Below, piece by piece: positions 39,082 to 50,937 of a stretch of DNA of 64,000 nucleotides. Position 1 is the stretch's first letter, and the number at the start of each line of letters is the position of its first letter. This DNA comes from Mobula hypostoma. Taxonomy: Eukaryota. The notes below the pieces were generated by a model. That model made no database searches. It was not told the origin of the DNA and saw nothing but the letters and a program-made list of their open reading frames with translations. A program made the translations under genes and the position numbers. The stretch spans positions 51,400,001-51,464,000 of the forward strand of contig NC_086097.1 of the NCBI RefSeq assembly GCF_963921235.1. The letters are read 5' to 3'.

Positions 39082-39428
39082 TCTTTTTTTTTGGTGTGTG
39101 CCTGCGTATGTGCGAGTGAGTCGGTGCGGGTGTGTCTGCGCGGGTGTGTCTGCATGTGCGTGTGTGCGCATTTGTATGTGTCCATGATGATGTCTTTTTC
39201 ATGGCTTTTTTACAAGGCGTGGAGCGAGAGACAGACTGTGTGGCGCGCCACTCCGCACACACACATTTTTGCAGTATTTTTCCCTTTATTTTATGAGGTC
39301 GAGTTGCGATCTCAACACTCAACCCGGCACGGATGGAAAGCGTACTCGGGAGCGGACCCGACTGGTTTCGAACCTGGGAACCTCCGCTCCCGGGTTCGGC
39401 GCTGATGTCGTTGTGCCACCAGCTGGCC
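39082..39428 (-). mobile_element. Young tRNA-derived SINE with poly(A) tail and 14-bp TSD
   Basis: CCTCAGCCCTCTTT at 39068-39081 and 39429-39442. Minus-strand head GGCCAGCTGGTGGCACAACG (A box-like) and GGTTCGAAACC (B box). CA-rich tract followed by an A tail; CpG-rich. Confidence 0.88.
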
Positions 39429-40088
39429 CCTCAGCCCTCTTTCCAGTGCAATCACATTACTTTGTATACTATAGAAACCAAAACTGCAAATAATGCTCCA
39501 GATGTAGCCTTACCCAAGTTATTTCAAAGTTGTATCAAAAATCTCCCTGCACTTATATGATTTTCCTAAATAATGATGGCAAGCATTCCATATACCTCCA
39601 TTGTCAGTATATCTATCTGTGCTATTAGCTTCTGGGACCCTTGTAGTTTATTCTAATGTCCCTTTATTCTTCATCTGTCCTTCGGGGCTTACCATTCATA
39701 ATACAGTCAAGAACACCTAACTGTTCCCTGATCTCTTACATCTGCAGGAAGTGTGTCCAGTTGCAGCTCCTTGCATGCATTGCATGGACCCATCGGAGCA
39801 ACAGTTATAAGTTTTGGGAAGCATACAAGAAGCAGAGGGTTACAGATAAGAGTTTCATGGAGGTTGTCATACCAAGATTCAGTCAGATAGATGGGTGGCC
39901 CTTCAAGAGGTGACTGCAGATAGTGTGGGAGTCTCCTGTGGCTATCCTCCTCTCAAACAAATACAGTGGATTCTGGTTAATGGAGCCATCGGTTAATTGG
40001 GATAGCTGGTTATTTGGGATAACTCATAAAGAACAAAACTAATCAAGAAAATGGCCAGGATTCCCTTTGTTTATTTGGGACACTTTGT

Positions 40089-40527
40089 TTGATTAGGAAT
40101 AGTCAGCATAGCTTTGTCAAAGGCAGGTTGTGCCTTACGAACCTGAATGAATTTTTTGAGGATGTGACTAAACACGTTGATGAAGGTAGAGCAGTAGATG
40201 TAGTGTGTATGGATTTCAGCAAGGCATTTGATAAGGTACCCCATGCCAGGCTTACTGAGAAAGTAAGGAGGCGTGGGATCCAAGGGGACCTTGCTTTGTG
40301 GATCCAGAATTGGCATGCCCACAGAAGGCAAAGAGTGGTTGTAGACAGGTCATATTCTGCATGGAGTTCAGTGACCAGTGGTGTGCCTCAGGGAGCTGTT
40401 CTGGGACCCCTTCTCTTCGTGATTTTTATAAATGACCTGGATGAGGAAGTGGAGGGAGGGATGGGTTAGTGAATTTGCTGATGACACGAAGGTTGGGGAT
40501 GTTGTGGATAGTGTGGTGGGCTGTCAC
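40089..40527 (+). mobile_element. CR1 RT fragment
   Basis: [18 protein letters not shown]...[11 protein letters not shown]...[10 protein letters not shown]. Confidence 0.85.
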
Positions 40528-42685
40528 ACTTGACCACTGCTACTCTCCCTTCCGTAACGCTTACAAAGTTCTCCTTCGTCCAGCTTTTGGAAAATCAGAT
40601 CACTCTTTGATCCTGCTTTTGCCGATGTACAGGTAGAAGCTGAAACAAGAGGTGGCCATGGTTAAAACCGTCCACTGCTGGTCCGACCAATCGGTCTCCA
40701 TGCTGCAGGACTGCTTCAATGACATCGACTGGAATGTCTTCCATGATGGGGATGTCTCCGAGTTTACGGATGGAATCACATGGTTCATCCGGAAGTGCAA
40801 CAACAATGTTGTCCCTCAGAAGTCGGTAAAGGTCTTCCTGAACCAGAAACCCTGTATCAATAGTTCTGTGCAAACAGCACTTACTATGTGACACAGAGCT
40901 TAAGTTACCAGTAAGCAGCAGGAGCTCAAGAAACGCAGCTACAATTTGCGCAAAACTATCAAAGCTGCAAAACAACAATACACGGACAAGATTGAGTCAA
41001 GATTCACTACGAGTAGTACACATGACTTGTGGCAAGGGTTGCATACCATCGCAGACTTCAAAGCCAAACATAGTGGTGCCACCAATATCGCAGCCTCTCT
41101 CCCAGATGAGCTCAATCACTTTTACGCTTGGTTCGATGTCACTAACTCTTGAGTCTCCGAGGAAAGCCACCACTACAACCTGCAACCTGGTCATCTCTGA
41201 GACTGAGGTACGCAGATGTTTCCAAGTGGACAGTTGCAAGGCTGCGGGACCGGACAGCATCCCAGGGTGAGTATTGAGGATGTGTGCAGCACAACTGGCA
41301 GGTGTGTTTACAGACACCCCCTCCCAGTGTACAGTGCCCTCTTGCTTCAAATTATCACCATCGTCCCTGTACCAAAAAAGACCAAGGTAACATGTCTGTA
41401 TGACTGGCGTCCTGTCGCACTGACCTCAACAATAAGCAAACGCTTTGAGAGGCTGCTCAAGGACTACTTCAGTAGCACGCTACCACCCAAATTGGACTCC
41501 CAACAATTCACCTACCGATACAACTGATTGACAGACGACTCAATAGCCACTGCTCTACATACCATCCTTACACATCTGGAGAAGAAGATTGCTTATGTGA
41601 GAATGCTGTTCTTGGACCACAGTTCAGCATTCAACACCATAATTCCCTCCAGGCTCGACAGGAAGCTCAGAGACCTCGGTCTTGATCCTGCTTTGTGCAG
41701 CTGGATCTTGGACTACCTGTCAGATTGCCGGCAGGTGGTAAGAGTGGGCTCCCTCACCTCCAACCCTCTGACTCAACATAGGAACTCCTCAGAACTGTGT
41801 ACTAAGTCCCCTCCTTTACTCCCTGTATACCCATGACTGTGTCGCCACCCACAGCTCTAAACTGCTAATTAAATTTGATGGCAACACTACATTGATTGGC
41901 CGAATCTCAAACAATAACGAGGTGGCCGACGGGGAAGAAGTCATCTCTCTAACACAGGGGTGTCAAGAAAATAACCTCTCCCTCAATGTCGCAAAAACAA
42001 AGGAGCTGCTTGTGAATGGGCTAACCCCTATTGACATCAATGGATCTGGGGTTGAGAGGGTAAACAGCTTCAAGTTCCTCGGCATCTACATCAGTGAGGG
42101 CCTCACGTGGTCTGTACACACCAGCTGCGTGGTGAAAAAGGCACAACAGTGCCTCTTTCACCTCAGACAGTTGAGGAAGTTTGGTATAGGCCCCCAAATC
42201 CTAAGAACTTTCTAAAGGGGTACAATTGAGAGCATCCTGACTGACTGCATCACTGCCTGGTATGAGAACTGTACCTCCCTTAATTGCAAGGTTCTGCAGA
42301 GAGTGGTGTGGACAGCTCAGCGCATCTGTAGTTGTGAACTTCCCATGATTCAGGATATTTACAAAGACAAGTGTGAAAAAAGGGCCTGAAGGATCACTGG
42401 GGACCCAAGTCATCCCAACCACAATCTATTCTAGCCACTACCATCCATGAAATGGTACTGCAGCATAAAAGCCAGGACTAACAGGTTCCGGGACAGCTTC
42501 TTCCATCAGGCCATCAGACTGATTAACTAATGCTGATTTGAGTGTATTTCTATGTTATATTGACTGTTCTATTTATTATAAATCATTATAAATTACTATG
42601 ATTGCATATTGCACATTTAGACAGAGTCATAATGTAAAGACTTCTCATATATGTGAAGGATGTAAGAAATAAAGTCAATTCAAAT
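40528..42685 (+). mobile_element. Rex1/Babar LINE, about 2.1 kb, 5'-truncated
   Basis: [57 protein letters not shown]; tail AATAAAGTCAATTCAAATCAAA. Confidence 0.85.
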
Positions 42686-43586
42686 CAAAAGAATGAACTT
42701 TTGAGAGTACAAAGCTTGTATGTGCCTGTCAGAATAAAAGGTAACGATAACAAGTATAGAGAACCCAAGATCCACAAACTGGACTGTCTGGGTCAGCCTA
42801 CTGTCTCTGCCTGCTCATGCCCTACTGAAATCATGTCCTCATATTTTGATTCAATTCTACCTCCCTTGGTTCATTCCTTTCCCACCTACATCTGCGACAC
42901 TTCTCATGCCCCCGATCTTCTCAGTATCTTTCAATTCCCTGGCCCTAACCACTTCATCTTCACCATGCATGTTTAGTCCCAATACACATCTATCCCCTAT
43001 CAGGAAGGCCTCAAATCCCTCCACTTCTTTCTTGACAGAAGAACCAACCAATCCCCCTCCACCACCACCCTCCTCCATCTGGCAAAACTAGTCTTCACCC
43101 TGAACAATGTTTCCTTTGGCTCCTCCCACTTTCTCCAAACCCACGGGGTAGCCATGGGCACTCGCATGGGCCCAAGGTATGCTTGCCTCTTTGTCGGCTA
43201 TGTAGGACAGTCTACGTTCAAAGCCTTCTATGGTTATACTCCCCAACTCTTATTCCACTACATTGAGAACTGCATTAGCGCTGCTTCATGCATTCGTGCT
43301 GAGCTCGTCAATTTCATCAACTTTGCCTCTAACTTCCACCCTGCTCTTAAGTTCACTTGGGCCATCTCGGACACCTCCTTTCCCTTTCTTGATCCCTCTG
43401 TCTCCATCTCTGGAGACAAACTGTCACCCAACATCTTTTATAAACCTCATTCCCATAGGTATCTCAACTAGATCTCTTCCCACCCTTTCTCCTGTAAGAA
43501 TGCTATTCCCTCTTCACAGTTTCTTTGTCTCTGCCACTGCCGCATCCGTTCTTAGGATGCAACTTTCTATTTCAGTACATTAGCGA

Positions 43587-43872
43587 CACTCACAACACGC
43601 TGGAGGAACTCAGCAGGTTGGGCAGCATCTGTGGAAACGATCAGTCGACGTTTCGGGCCGGAACCCTTCGTCAGGATTGTAGGGGGAAGGGGCAGAGACC
43701 CTATAAAGAAGGTGGGGGGAGGGTGGGAAGGAGAAGGCTGGTAGGTTCCAGGTGAAAAACCAGTAAGGGGAAAGATAAAGGGGTAGGGGAGGGGAAGCAG
43801 GGAGGTGATAGGCAGGAAAGGTGAAGAGGGAATAGGGGAAAGCACAATGGGTAGTAGAAGGAGGTGGAACCA
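43587..43872 (-). mobile_element. Solo Penelope pLTR inserted antisense into the Penelope element
   Basis: TAGCGA is duplicated at 43581-43586 and 43873-43878; contains a hammerhead motif. Confidence 0.75.
43643..43678 (-). ncRNA. Minimal hammerhead ribozyme motif
   Basis: AATC-CTGACGA-AGGGTTCCGGCCC-GAAAC-GTC-GACT; core intact, one stem I mismatch. Confidence 0.6.
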
Positions 43873-46031
43873 TAGCGATGTCCTCCTTCTTTAAAGAATA
43901 GGGCTTCCCTCCTTCTATTATAGGTGCTTCCCTTACCCGCATTTCCTCCAATTCTCATACATCGGCACTCGCCCATCTTCCCGCCATCGTAATAGTGATG
44001 AGTTCCTCTTGTCTCTACCTTCCACCCCACCAGCCTCCGCATCCTACACATTATCCTCTGCTATTTCTGCCATGTCCAAAGGGACCCTACCACTAAACAT
44101 ATTTTTACTTCTCCCCCAACTCCCTTTTCCACAGAGATTGCCTCCTCCATGATTCCCTTGTCCATTTGTCCTTCCCCGCACTTAACTCTGCAAGCAGCCT
44201 AAGAGCTACACCTGCCCATCCACCTACTCCCTCACCTCCATTCTGAGCTCCAAACATTCTTTCCAGGTGAGGCAAAACTTCACCTGCAAATTTGCCATTG
44301 TCATCTATTGTGTCTGGTGCTTCCGGTGCGGCCTCCTCTACATTGGTGAGGCTATCATAAATTTGGGGACCACTTCATCGAGCAACTCCGCACTATCTGC
44401 CACAAGCATGACTTCCTAGTGGCCAAACATTTCAATTCTGATTCCCATTCCTGTTTCAATGTATCAATCCATGGCCTCCTCTTGTGCCAAGATGAGGCCA
44501 CCCTCAGGGTGGAGGAGCAACACATTATCCCCACTCAAATCTTTTACTTCTTCTCAGCTGCCTATTACGTCCCCCTGGGTCTCCTCCTCTTTACCTTTCT
44601 ATTGCTAGCCACTCTATTCTCCTATCAGATCGTTTCTTCTTCAGCCCTTGAGCTTTCCCACCCTCCTGGCTTCATCTATCACCTTCAAGCTGGTCTTTTA
44701 CCCCTCCCCCAACCATTTAATTCAGGCATCTCCTCCATTCCTTCTCAGTCCTGAAGGAGGGTCTTGGCCCGAAAAGTCGACTGTTTATTCATTTCCACAG
44801 ATATCGCCTGACCTGCTGAGTTCCTCCAGCATTTTGTGTGTGTTACTGAAACACCTTCACCCTTTCTTCTTTCTTCCTCACTTAGCAGTTCTAGTGTACG
44901 CTCTGCTTTTTCGCCTCGTCTTATTGCATACTGGGAAACAGAGAGCAAGCATGGAAACCACACAGTTGAGATCTTGCTTCATCTGGATGCCTCACCTTAA
45001 AAAATACTATAGGAAGTACAATATACTTGTAGAACCATACCGAAAACCAATCAGCTGAAACCATTAACAACCAATGTGTAAGTAGCCAATGACTGCTTTA
45101 AATAGTGAGTAGCTCTTCCTTGCAATGTTAATTGCGAACACTTCTCAACCCTATAATTCCATCATGGAGATGGATGAGGACCACAAAATCTATCTTCAAA
45201 TTAAACATCCTTATATTGCTGTTACCTCAAAAGCAAAAAGATGCAAATTGCAAATATTCAAAAATTGGAAATCCAAACAGATTAGATGCTCAGCAAATCC
45301 AAATCCACTTCTGGAGACAGTATCAGAGTTAATGCTTCAAGTCATACCATTTTCACTGAGATATCAAGCCAAACACTCATTTTGCCTGCCGATTGATAAT
45401 GCTGAGTACTTGTAGCATTTTTATGCCTGTTTCTTCAGAGGCCTTGAGCTAAAACGCTGGCAACCAAGAAGTCATTAAAGAACTGAAGATTATGATAATT
45501 CACCACTGCTTTCAACAAGGAACACACATTAAACATATATAAATAAACATATCTTTCCTGTTAAAATAAAAGAAAATATAGAATCTATATAGAACAGAAA
45601 CATTGGAAGTAATGAGGTCTGTGAAAGAAACATACTGTCATTATTTCCATAATAATGGAAATATTATGGACCAACTATCTGGACCTGCCTCTCAGTTTTT
45701 CTCTGCACCACCTTACTTTCCATTTTTCTATTTCCTATTTATGATTTATAATTTCAATTTTTAATATTTACTATCGATTTGTAATCCAGGGAGCGGGAAG
45801 CGCACAATCAAATATCGCTATGATGATTGTATGTTCTAGTATCAATTGTTTGGCAACAATAAAGTATAAAGTATCATTGCCAATATACAAGGGAACAGTC
45901 TCCAGCATTAGTAGTAATACTATGCTATTTATTACACTGCCTACATCTGCATTATTCCCCATTTTCCCTCAACAAAGGATTGAAAAACAGAATTAATATA
46001 TTTATTTAAGCTTGTAGAATCGCACACTTAC

Positions 46032-46178
46032 ATCCAGATGCCTTCTGTTAATTTCATATATAATCTCCAGGTGCCTGGGTAAGAGTTTCTCAAATAAATG
46101 CACAGGCCAACGTTCAAGGGCCTCAGGCAAAACTGTGTGATTAGTATACGCAAACGTATTCTTGGTGATAGTCCAAGC
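46032..46178 (-). CDS. PYGL: Glycogen phosphorylase exon 10 equivalent (147 bp)
   Basis: cag|[49 protein letters not shown]|gtaag. Confidence 0.95.
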
Positions 46179-46645
46179 CTGAAAAATAACATAAGTATTT
46201 TACTGCTCTATTGATTTCACATTTTAATTCATGGCTCTGTACTTAATGTTTAACAAGTTTCAGCATTCAAAGTGCTTTCACCAAAATCTGAGTTCTTGTA
46301 ACTCTGTATTTTTTCTTGGCAATTTGAACTGATGATCACTTTGCCATTTTCAATTTAGGTTGCTAAAATTGATCAAATCATGGGTATTAATGCCATAAGG
46401 AATTAGATCAACTGAAAATTAAGACTACTGAGATTCTTATATTTTTAGCTTGAATCCAATTATACTAACTTGGATGAGATAAGATTAATATTGTCACCAC
46501 CAAATAAACCATTGAGGAATTTGGTTAACTATGGAAAATTTCATGTTGAAAGCAAATTGGTGTTTAGAGTCCTTTTGTAGCCACTGGTCTCATATTTTGA
46601 AGCTACTAGGCTCTAATACAACTTACTTTGTTTACATGGTCTAAC

Positions 46646-46738
46646 CTGATCCCAATCAAGCTTCTCAAGGTCCACTAAAATCCTCATTAACTCAGGAATT
46701 GCCAAGGCAGGATGGGTGTCATTCAGCTGAATTGCCAC
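46646..46738 (-). CDS. PYGL: Glycogen phosphorylase exon 9 equivalent (93 bp)
   Basis: tag|[31 protein letters not shown]|gttag. Confidence 0.95.
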
Positions 46739-47679
46739 CTACAAATAATATAAAGAGGAATCATAAATATAACCTTATCATATTCATATCCATCAAGGAT
46801 AAAATTTTAGTCTTTGTGCAATGCTCAAATTTATTAGAAAAGATTCACTATTGTTCGGGAATAGTACCTCTGTCCAACAAAGCACTGTGTAGTTTCCTGG
46901 CAACATTGTGGTTTGTCATTCCGCTCACTTTGCTCTCTTCAACAGAGCAGGTAGGGAATAGGGGACGGAATCAAAATCGTGTTTATTATTATTGACATAC
47001 GGCATGAAATTTGTTGTTTTGTGGCAGCAGTACAGTACAAGCTATAAAAATTACTGTAACAGAGAAACTAGGAATGAGTAAGGGCTGGCTATATAGAGTA
47101 CACAGGATGAGGATCTCGAATAATAACATAGTTATTAGGCTACATCTGCAACTATGTTTTCATCTTGATCTTCTTTTACTGTGCTTCATTACATTACCTA
47201 GATTTTCCAGGTTTTGCTCCCACTCTGTTACTTTGTTTTAATCTGTCACAATTCTTCTGCAGCATAAACAAAAACTGCAGTGCTGAAAATCTGACATGAA
47301 AAACATTCTACAAATTTTGCCAGTATTTTTTGTTCGTGTAATCTCCCTCACTTCCTTTGATACACAATATTGTTTGTTATTTTATCAACTTCTTCCCTCT
47401 GTCCAATCACAACATTCTTTTCCTTGATTCTGACTGGCTTAAAAGGGTTCAGTAAATAAAAGCTCCAGTTTTAAAAGATTAACCTGTTTCCCTCCCCACT
47501 GATGTTGTAAGATAACCAGCAGTTATCCATATTTCTAAATTGCTCCACTATATTTGATATGATTACTTTTCCTCTCAAGTGCTAAGCAACAGTACAAGCT
47601 ACCTGTAAATAAATGGCAATGTCACAAAATAGCAAAATAATGAATTGTTGCAGCAGATCAAATGTTTAAGAACACCATA

Positions 47680-48065
47680 TTTACTCAATGGCCACTTTAT
47701 TAGAATACACCTGCTTGTTAATATAATTATCTAATCAGCCAATCATGTGACTGTAACTCAATGCATAAAAGCAGATTCAGTTGTTGTTCAGATCAAACAG
47801 CAGAATGGGGATAAATGCGATCTAAGTGATTTTGACCGTGGAATGACTGTTGGTGCCAGATGGGATGGTTTGAGGATCTCAGAAACTGCTGATCTTCTGG
47901 GATTTTCACACACAGCAGTCTCTAATTTACAGAGAATGGTGCAAAAAAAAACAAAAACATCCAGTGAACATCAAGTCTATGGGTGAAAATATCTTGTTAA
48001 TGAGAAATGTCAGAGAAGATTAGCCAGACTGGTTCAAGCTGACAGGAAGGCAACAGTAACTCAGC
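47680..48065 (+). mobile_element. Tc1-like non-autonomous element, left part (right part about 49975-50115)
   Basis: Terminus ACTCAATGGCCACTTTATTAG; HTH remnant DLSDFDRGMTVGARWDGLRISETADLLGFSHTAVS; related TACACTCAGTG...CACTTTAT at 50070. Confidence 0.65.
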
Positions 48066-48935
48066 CACATGTTGTCTCACCTGAAGAATGCTGCCTCATT
48101 TGCCACAATGCTGTTTATTGACTTCAACTCAGTTTTTACAAATGTTTGTAATATGATCATACCTCAGCAGCTGGTGGGTAAACTGTCCTCATTAGATCTC
48201 AACACCTCTCTCTGTAACTGGATCCTGAACTTCTTGACAGAAAGGCCAGTCAGTCTGTTTTGGCAGAAACATCTCTAGCTCTATTATGCTGAGCACCAGC
48301 ATCCACTGCAATTCACACTGCTGACACATGACTGCATTGCCAGATCCAGTTCAAACCAAATCATCAAGTGGTAAGTCTCATCAACAAGGAGGTAGAACAG
48401 CTGATAGAATGGTGCAAGCACAACAACTTGAGTCTCAATGTGGACAGGACCAAAGAAATGATTGTGGACTTTAGGAAAGTGCAGGCTGAACACTCGTCAC
48501 TACACATACATGGACGGCTCCACCATGGAAAGAGTTAGGTGTACCAAGTTTCTGGGAGTGCACATAATGGATGATCTTACCTCGTCCATCAATGCCACCT
48601 TTTTGGTCAAAAAAGCATAGCAGCATCTCCATTTCCAGAGGTGATTGAGGCTCCTCCCCCCAACACTCCTGCCCCCCCAACCAATTTTTACCTCGAAGTG
48701 CTGTGACCAGCTGCATCACCATCTGGTATGGGAATTGCAAAGCATTTGACTGTAAATCCCCACAAAGGATTGCAAGAGCTGCTGAGAAGATCATCAATTG
48801 GGTCTCTCTTCCAGCAATTAGAGATACTTATCAGGAGCGTACGCAGGGCTCTTTGCTAGTAATCTCTCCCATCTGTCCAACAATTTCTTTGACTCCCTAC
48901 CATCAAGCAGAAGGTACCATAGCATTAGGACAAAT
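48066..48935 (+). mobile_element. Rex1/Babar fragment (3' end resumes at 49675-49970)
   Basis: MLFIDFNS...[22 protein letters not shown]. Confidence 0.75.
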
Positions 48936-49672
48936 ATGGTAGGTCAAATATGATGGCGGTATTAATGGTAAGACTCTTGACAGTGTGGAGGATCAGAGGG
49001 ATCTTGGGGTCCGAGTCCATAGGACACTCAAAGCTACTACACAGGTTGACTCTGTGGTTAAGAAGGCGTACGGTGCACTGGCCTTCATCAATCGTGGGAT
49101 TGAGTTTAAGAGCCGAGAGATAATGTTGCAGCTATATAGGACCCTGGTCAGACCCCACTTGGAGTACTGTGCTCAGTTCTGGTCGCCTCACTACAGGAAG
49201 GATGTGGAAACCATAGAAAGGGTGCAGAGGAGATTTACAAGGACGTTGCCTGGATTGGGGAGCATGCCTTATGAGAATAGGTTGAGTGAACTCGGCCTTT
49301 TCTCCTTAGGGCAATGGAGGATGAGAGGTGACTTGATAGAGGTGTACAAGATAATGAGAAGCGTTGATCGTGTGGATAGTCAGAGGCTTTTCCCCAGGGC
49401 TGAAATGGCTAGCACAAGAGGGCATAGTTTTAAGGTGCTTGGAAGCAGGTACAGAGGAGATGTCGGGGGTAAGTTTTTTACACAGAGAGTGGTGAGTGCA
49501 TGGAATGGGCTGCTGGCGGCGGTGGTGGAGGTGGAACTGATAGGGTCTTTTAAGAGACTCCTGGATGGCTACATGGAGCTTAGAAAAATAGAGGGCTATG
49601 GGTAAAGCCTGGGTAGTTCTTTTTGTGGGCCAAAGGGCCTGTATTGTGCTGTATGTTTCCTGTTTCTATGTT
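48936..49672 (+). mobile_element. CR1 3' end, well preserved
   Basis: 206-aa open ORF2 C-terminus (RDLGVRVH...HLEYCAQFWSPHYRKD...IEGYG*) plus TTCTATG tail. Confidence 0.9.
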
Positions 49673-50530
49673 TCCAGGACATAAACAGTTAGGATAGAAA
49701 ACAGCTTCTTCACCCAAGCTGTAAGACTACTGAACTCCCTGCAACCATCCAGGTCTGATCACATATAAAATGTTAGTACCGCTACACTGTTTACTTTATA
49801 ACTTGTATCATATATGACCTTATTATTTGTTTATTTATTTGCAGTAATATTTATGCATTGTATGTGTGAGTTACAGTATTTGTACTGTGTTGTGTACCTT
49901 GGTCTGGCCCGGAGGAACTGTTTCTCGTTTATTGTTATATGGTTGAACGACAATAAACTTGAACGAGACGTGAACTTGTTACAATGGTGGTGTGCAGAAG
50001 AGCATCTCTGAATGCATGACATGTTAAACCTTGAAGTGGATAGGCTATAGCAGCAGAAGACCATGAACCTACACTCAGTGAGCACTTTATAAGGTATAAG
50101 AGGTACCTAATAAACTATACTGTGCAACCCAACAATTGTTGGTCACAGCATAAATGCCTGCAGATTCCTAACATTAAGGAATTGTTCAAACAATCGCAAG
50201 GGGCATAGATAGGGTCAACATACATTTTCTTTATCTTGGGAAGGGTATCTAAAAACTAGAGGGCATAGGCTTCAGGGCATGGGTGAAAGTTTTAAGAGAC
50301 CGGAGGGGCAAATTGTTCACACAGAGGTTGGTTCATATATGGAATGAGCTGCCAGAGAAGATGGTTGAGGCAGGTATGATAACATCCAAAAGACATTTGG
50401 ATAAGTACATGGATATGAGTGACTTAGAGGGATATGGCCAAATGTGAGCATATGGGACTAACCTGGTGGGACATGGTCGAGTTGGGCTGAAGAACCCATT
50501 TCAATATTGTATTACTCTATGACTCTAATG

Positions 50531-50725
50531 CAGGGGTGGCCAACCTTTTACATACCATGTGTCAATTTTTTCACGCACGAGTTCAGATGCGATATTTTTC
50601 ACGCATGAGTTCTATAGTTAATATATTTTTACAAGAATTGAATGGGGGTACAGGAGTTGTATGGCGCATCTGAACTCATGCGTGAAAAAACTGACGCATG
50701 GAATGTAAAAGGTTGGCCACTCATG
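50531..50725. mobile_element. hAT-type MITE (195 bp) with about 60-bp TIRs and 8-bp TSD
   Basis: CAGGGGTGGCCAACCTTTTACA...TGTAAAAGGTTGGCCACTCATG; CTCTAATG at 50523-50530 and 50726-50733. Confidence 0.88.
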
Positions 50726-50937
50726 CTCTAATGAATTCATTAAACATTTTCCAAAGATTTGTAACATTGTGAAGTCTTTCTGAATAAAACAAGAGGTTTT
50801 CTGAATTCCAGTCAACAATTTTCACTTAAAATATTCAATAAGAAAGTATTAGACCTAGAAAGTAGACCTATTTGCAGAAATCAGCACAGGGCCTTTCTCT
50901 AGTCCATTCCTTACACTCCACTAACAGTGCTCCAGAG

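Larger units (their letters stand above)
42764..44848 (+). mobile_element. Penelope-like element: RT, GIY-YIG endonuclease and pLTR, disrupted
   Basis: PKIHK...CSCPTE, GVAMGTRMGP, FLD; VIYC...CGLLYIGE; HFNSDSH...EEQH; degenerate hammerhead at 44747-44782. Confidence 0.88.

Noticed and set aside
39340..39428. Functional tRNA gene
   Set aside because: It has A/B boxes but no convincing cloverleaf, and it is the head of a TSD-flanked SINE.
39960..40088. Possible pogo/Tigger MITE end (TACAGTGGATTCTGGTTAAT)
   Set aside because: I located no matching second TIR, so it is too fragmentary to call.
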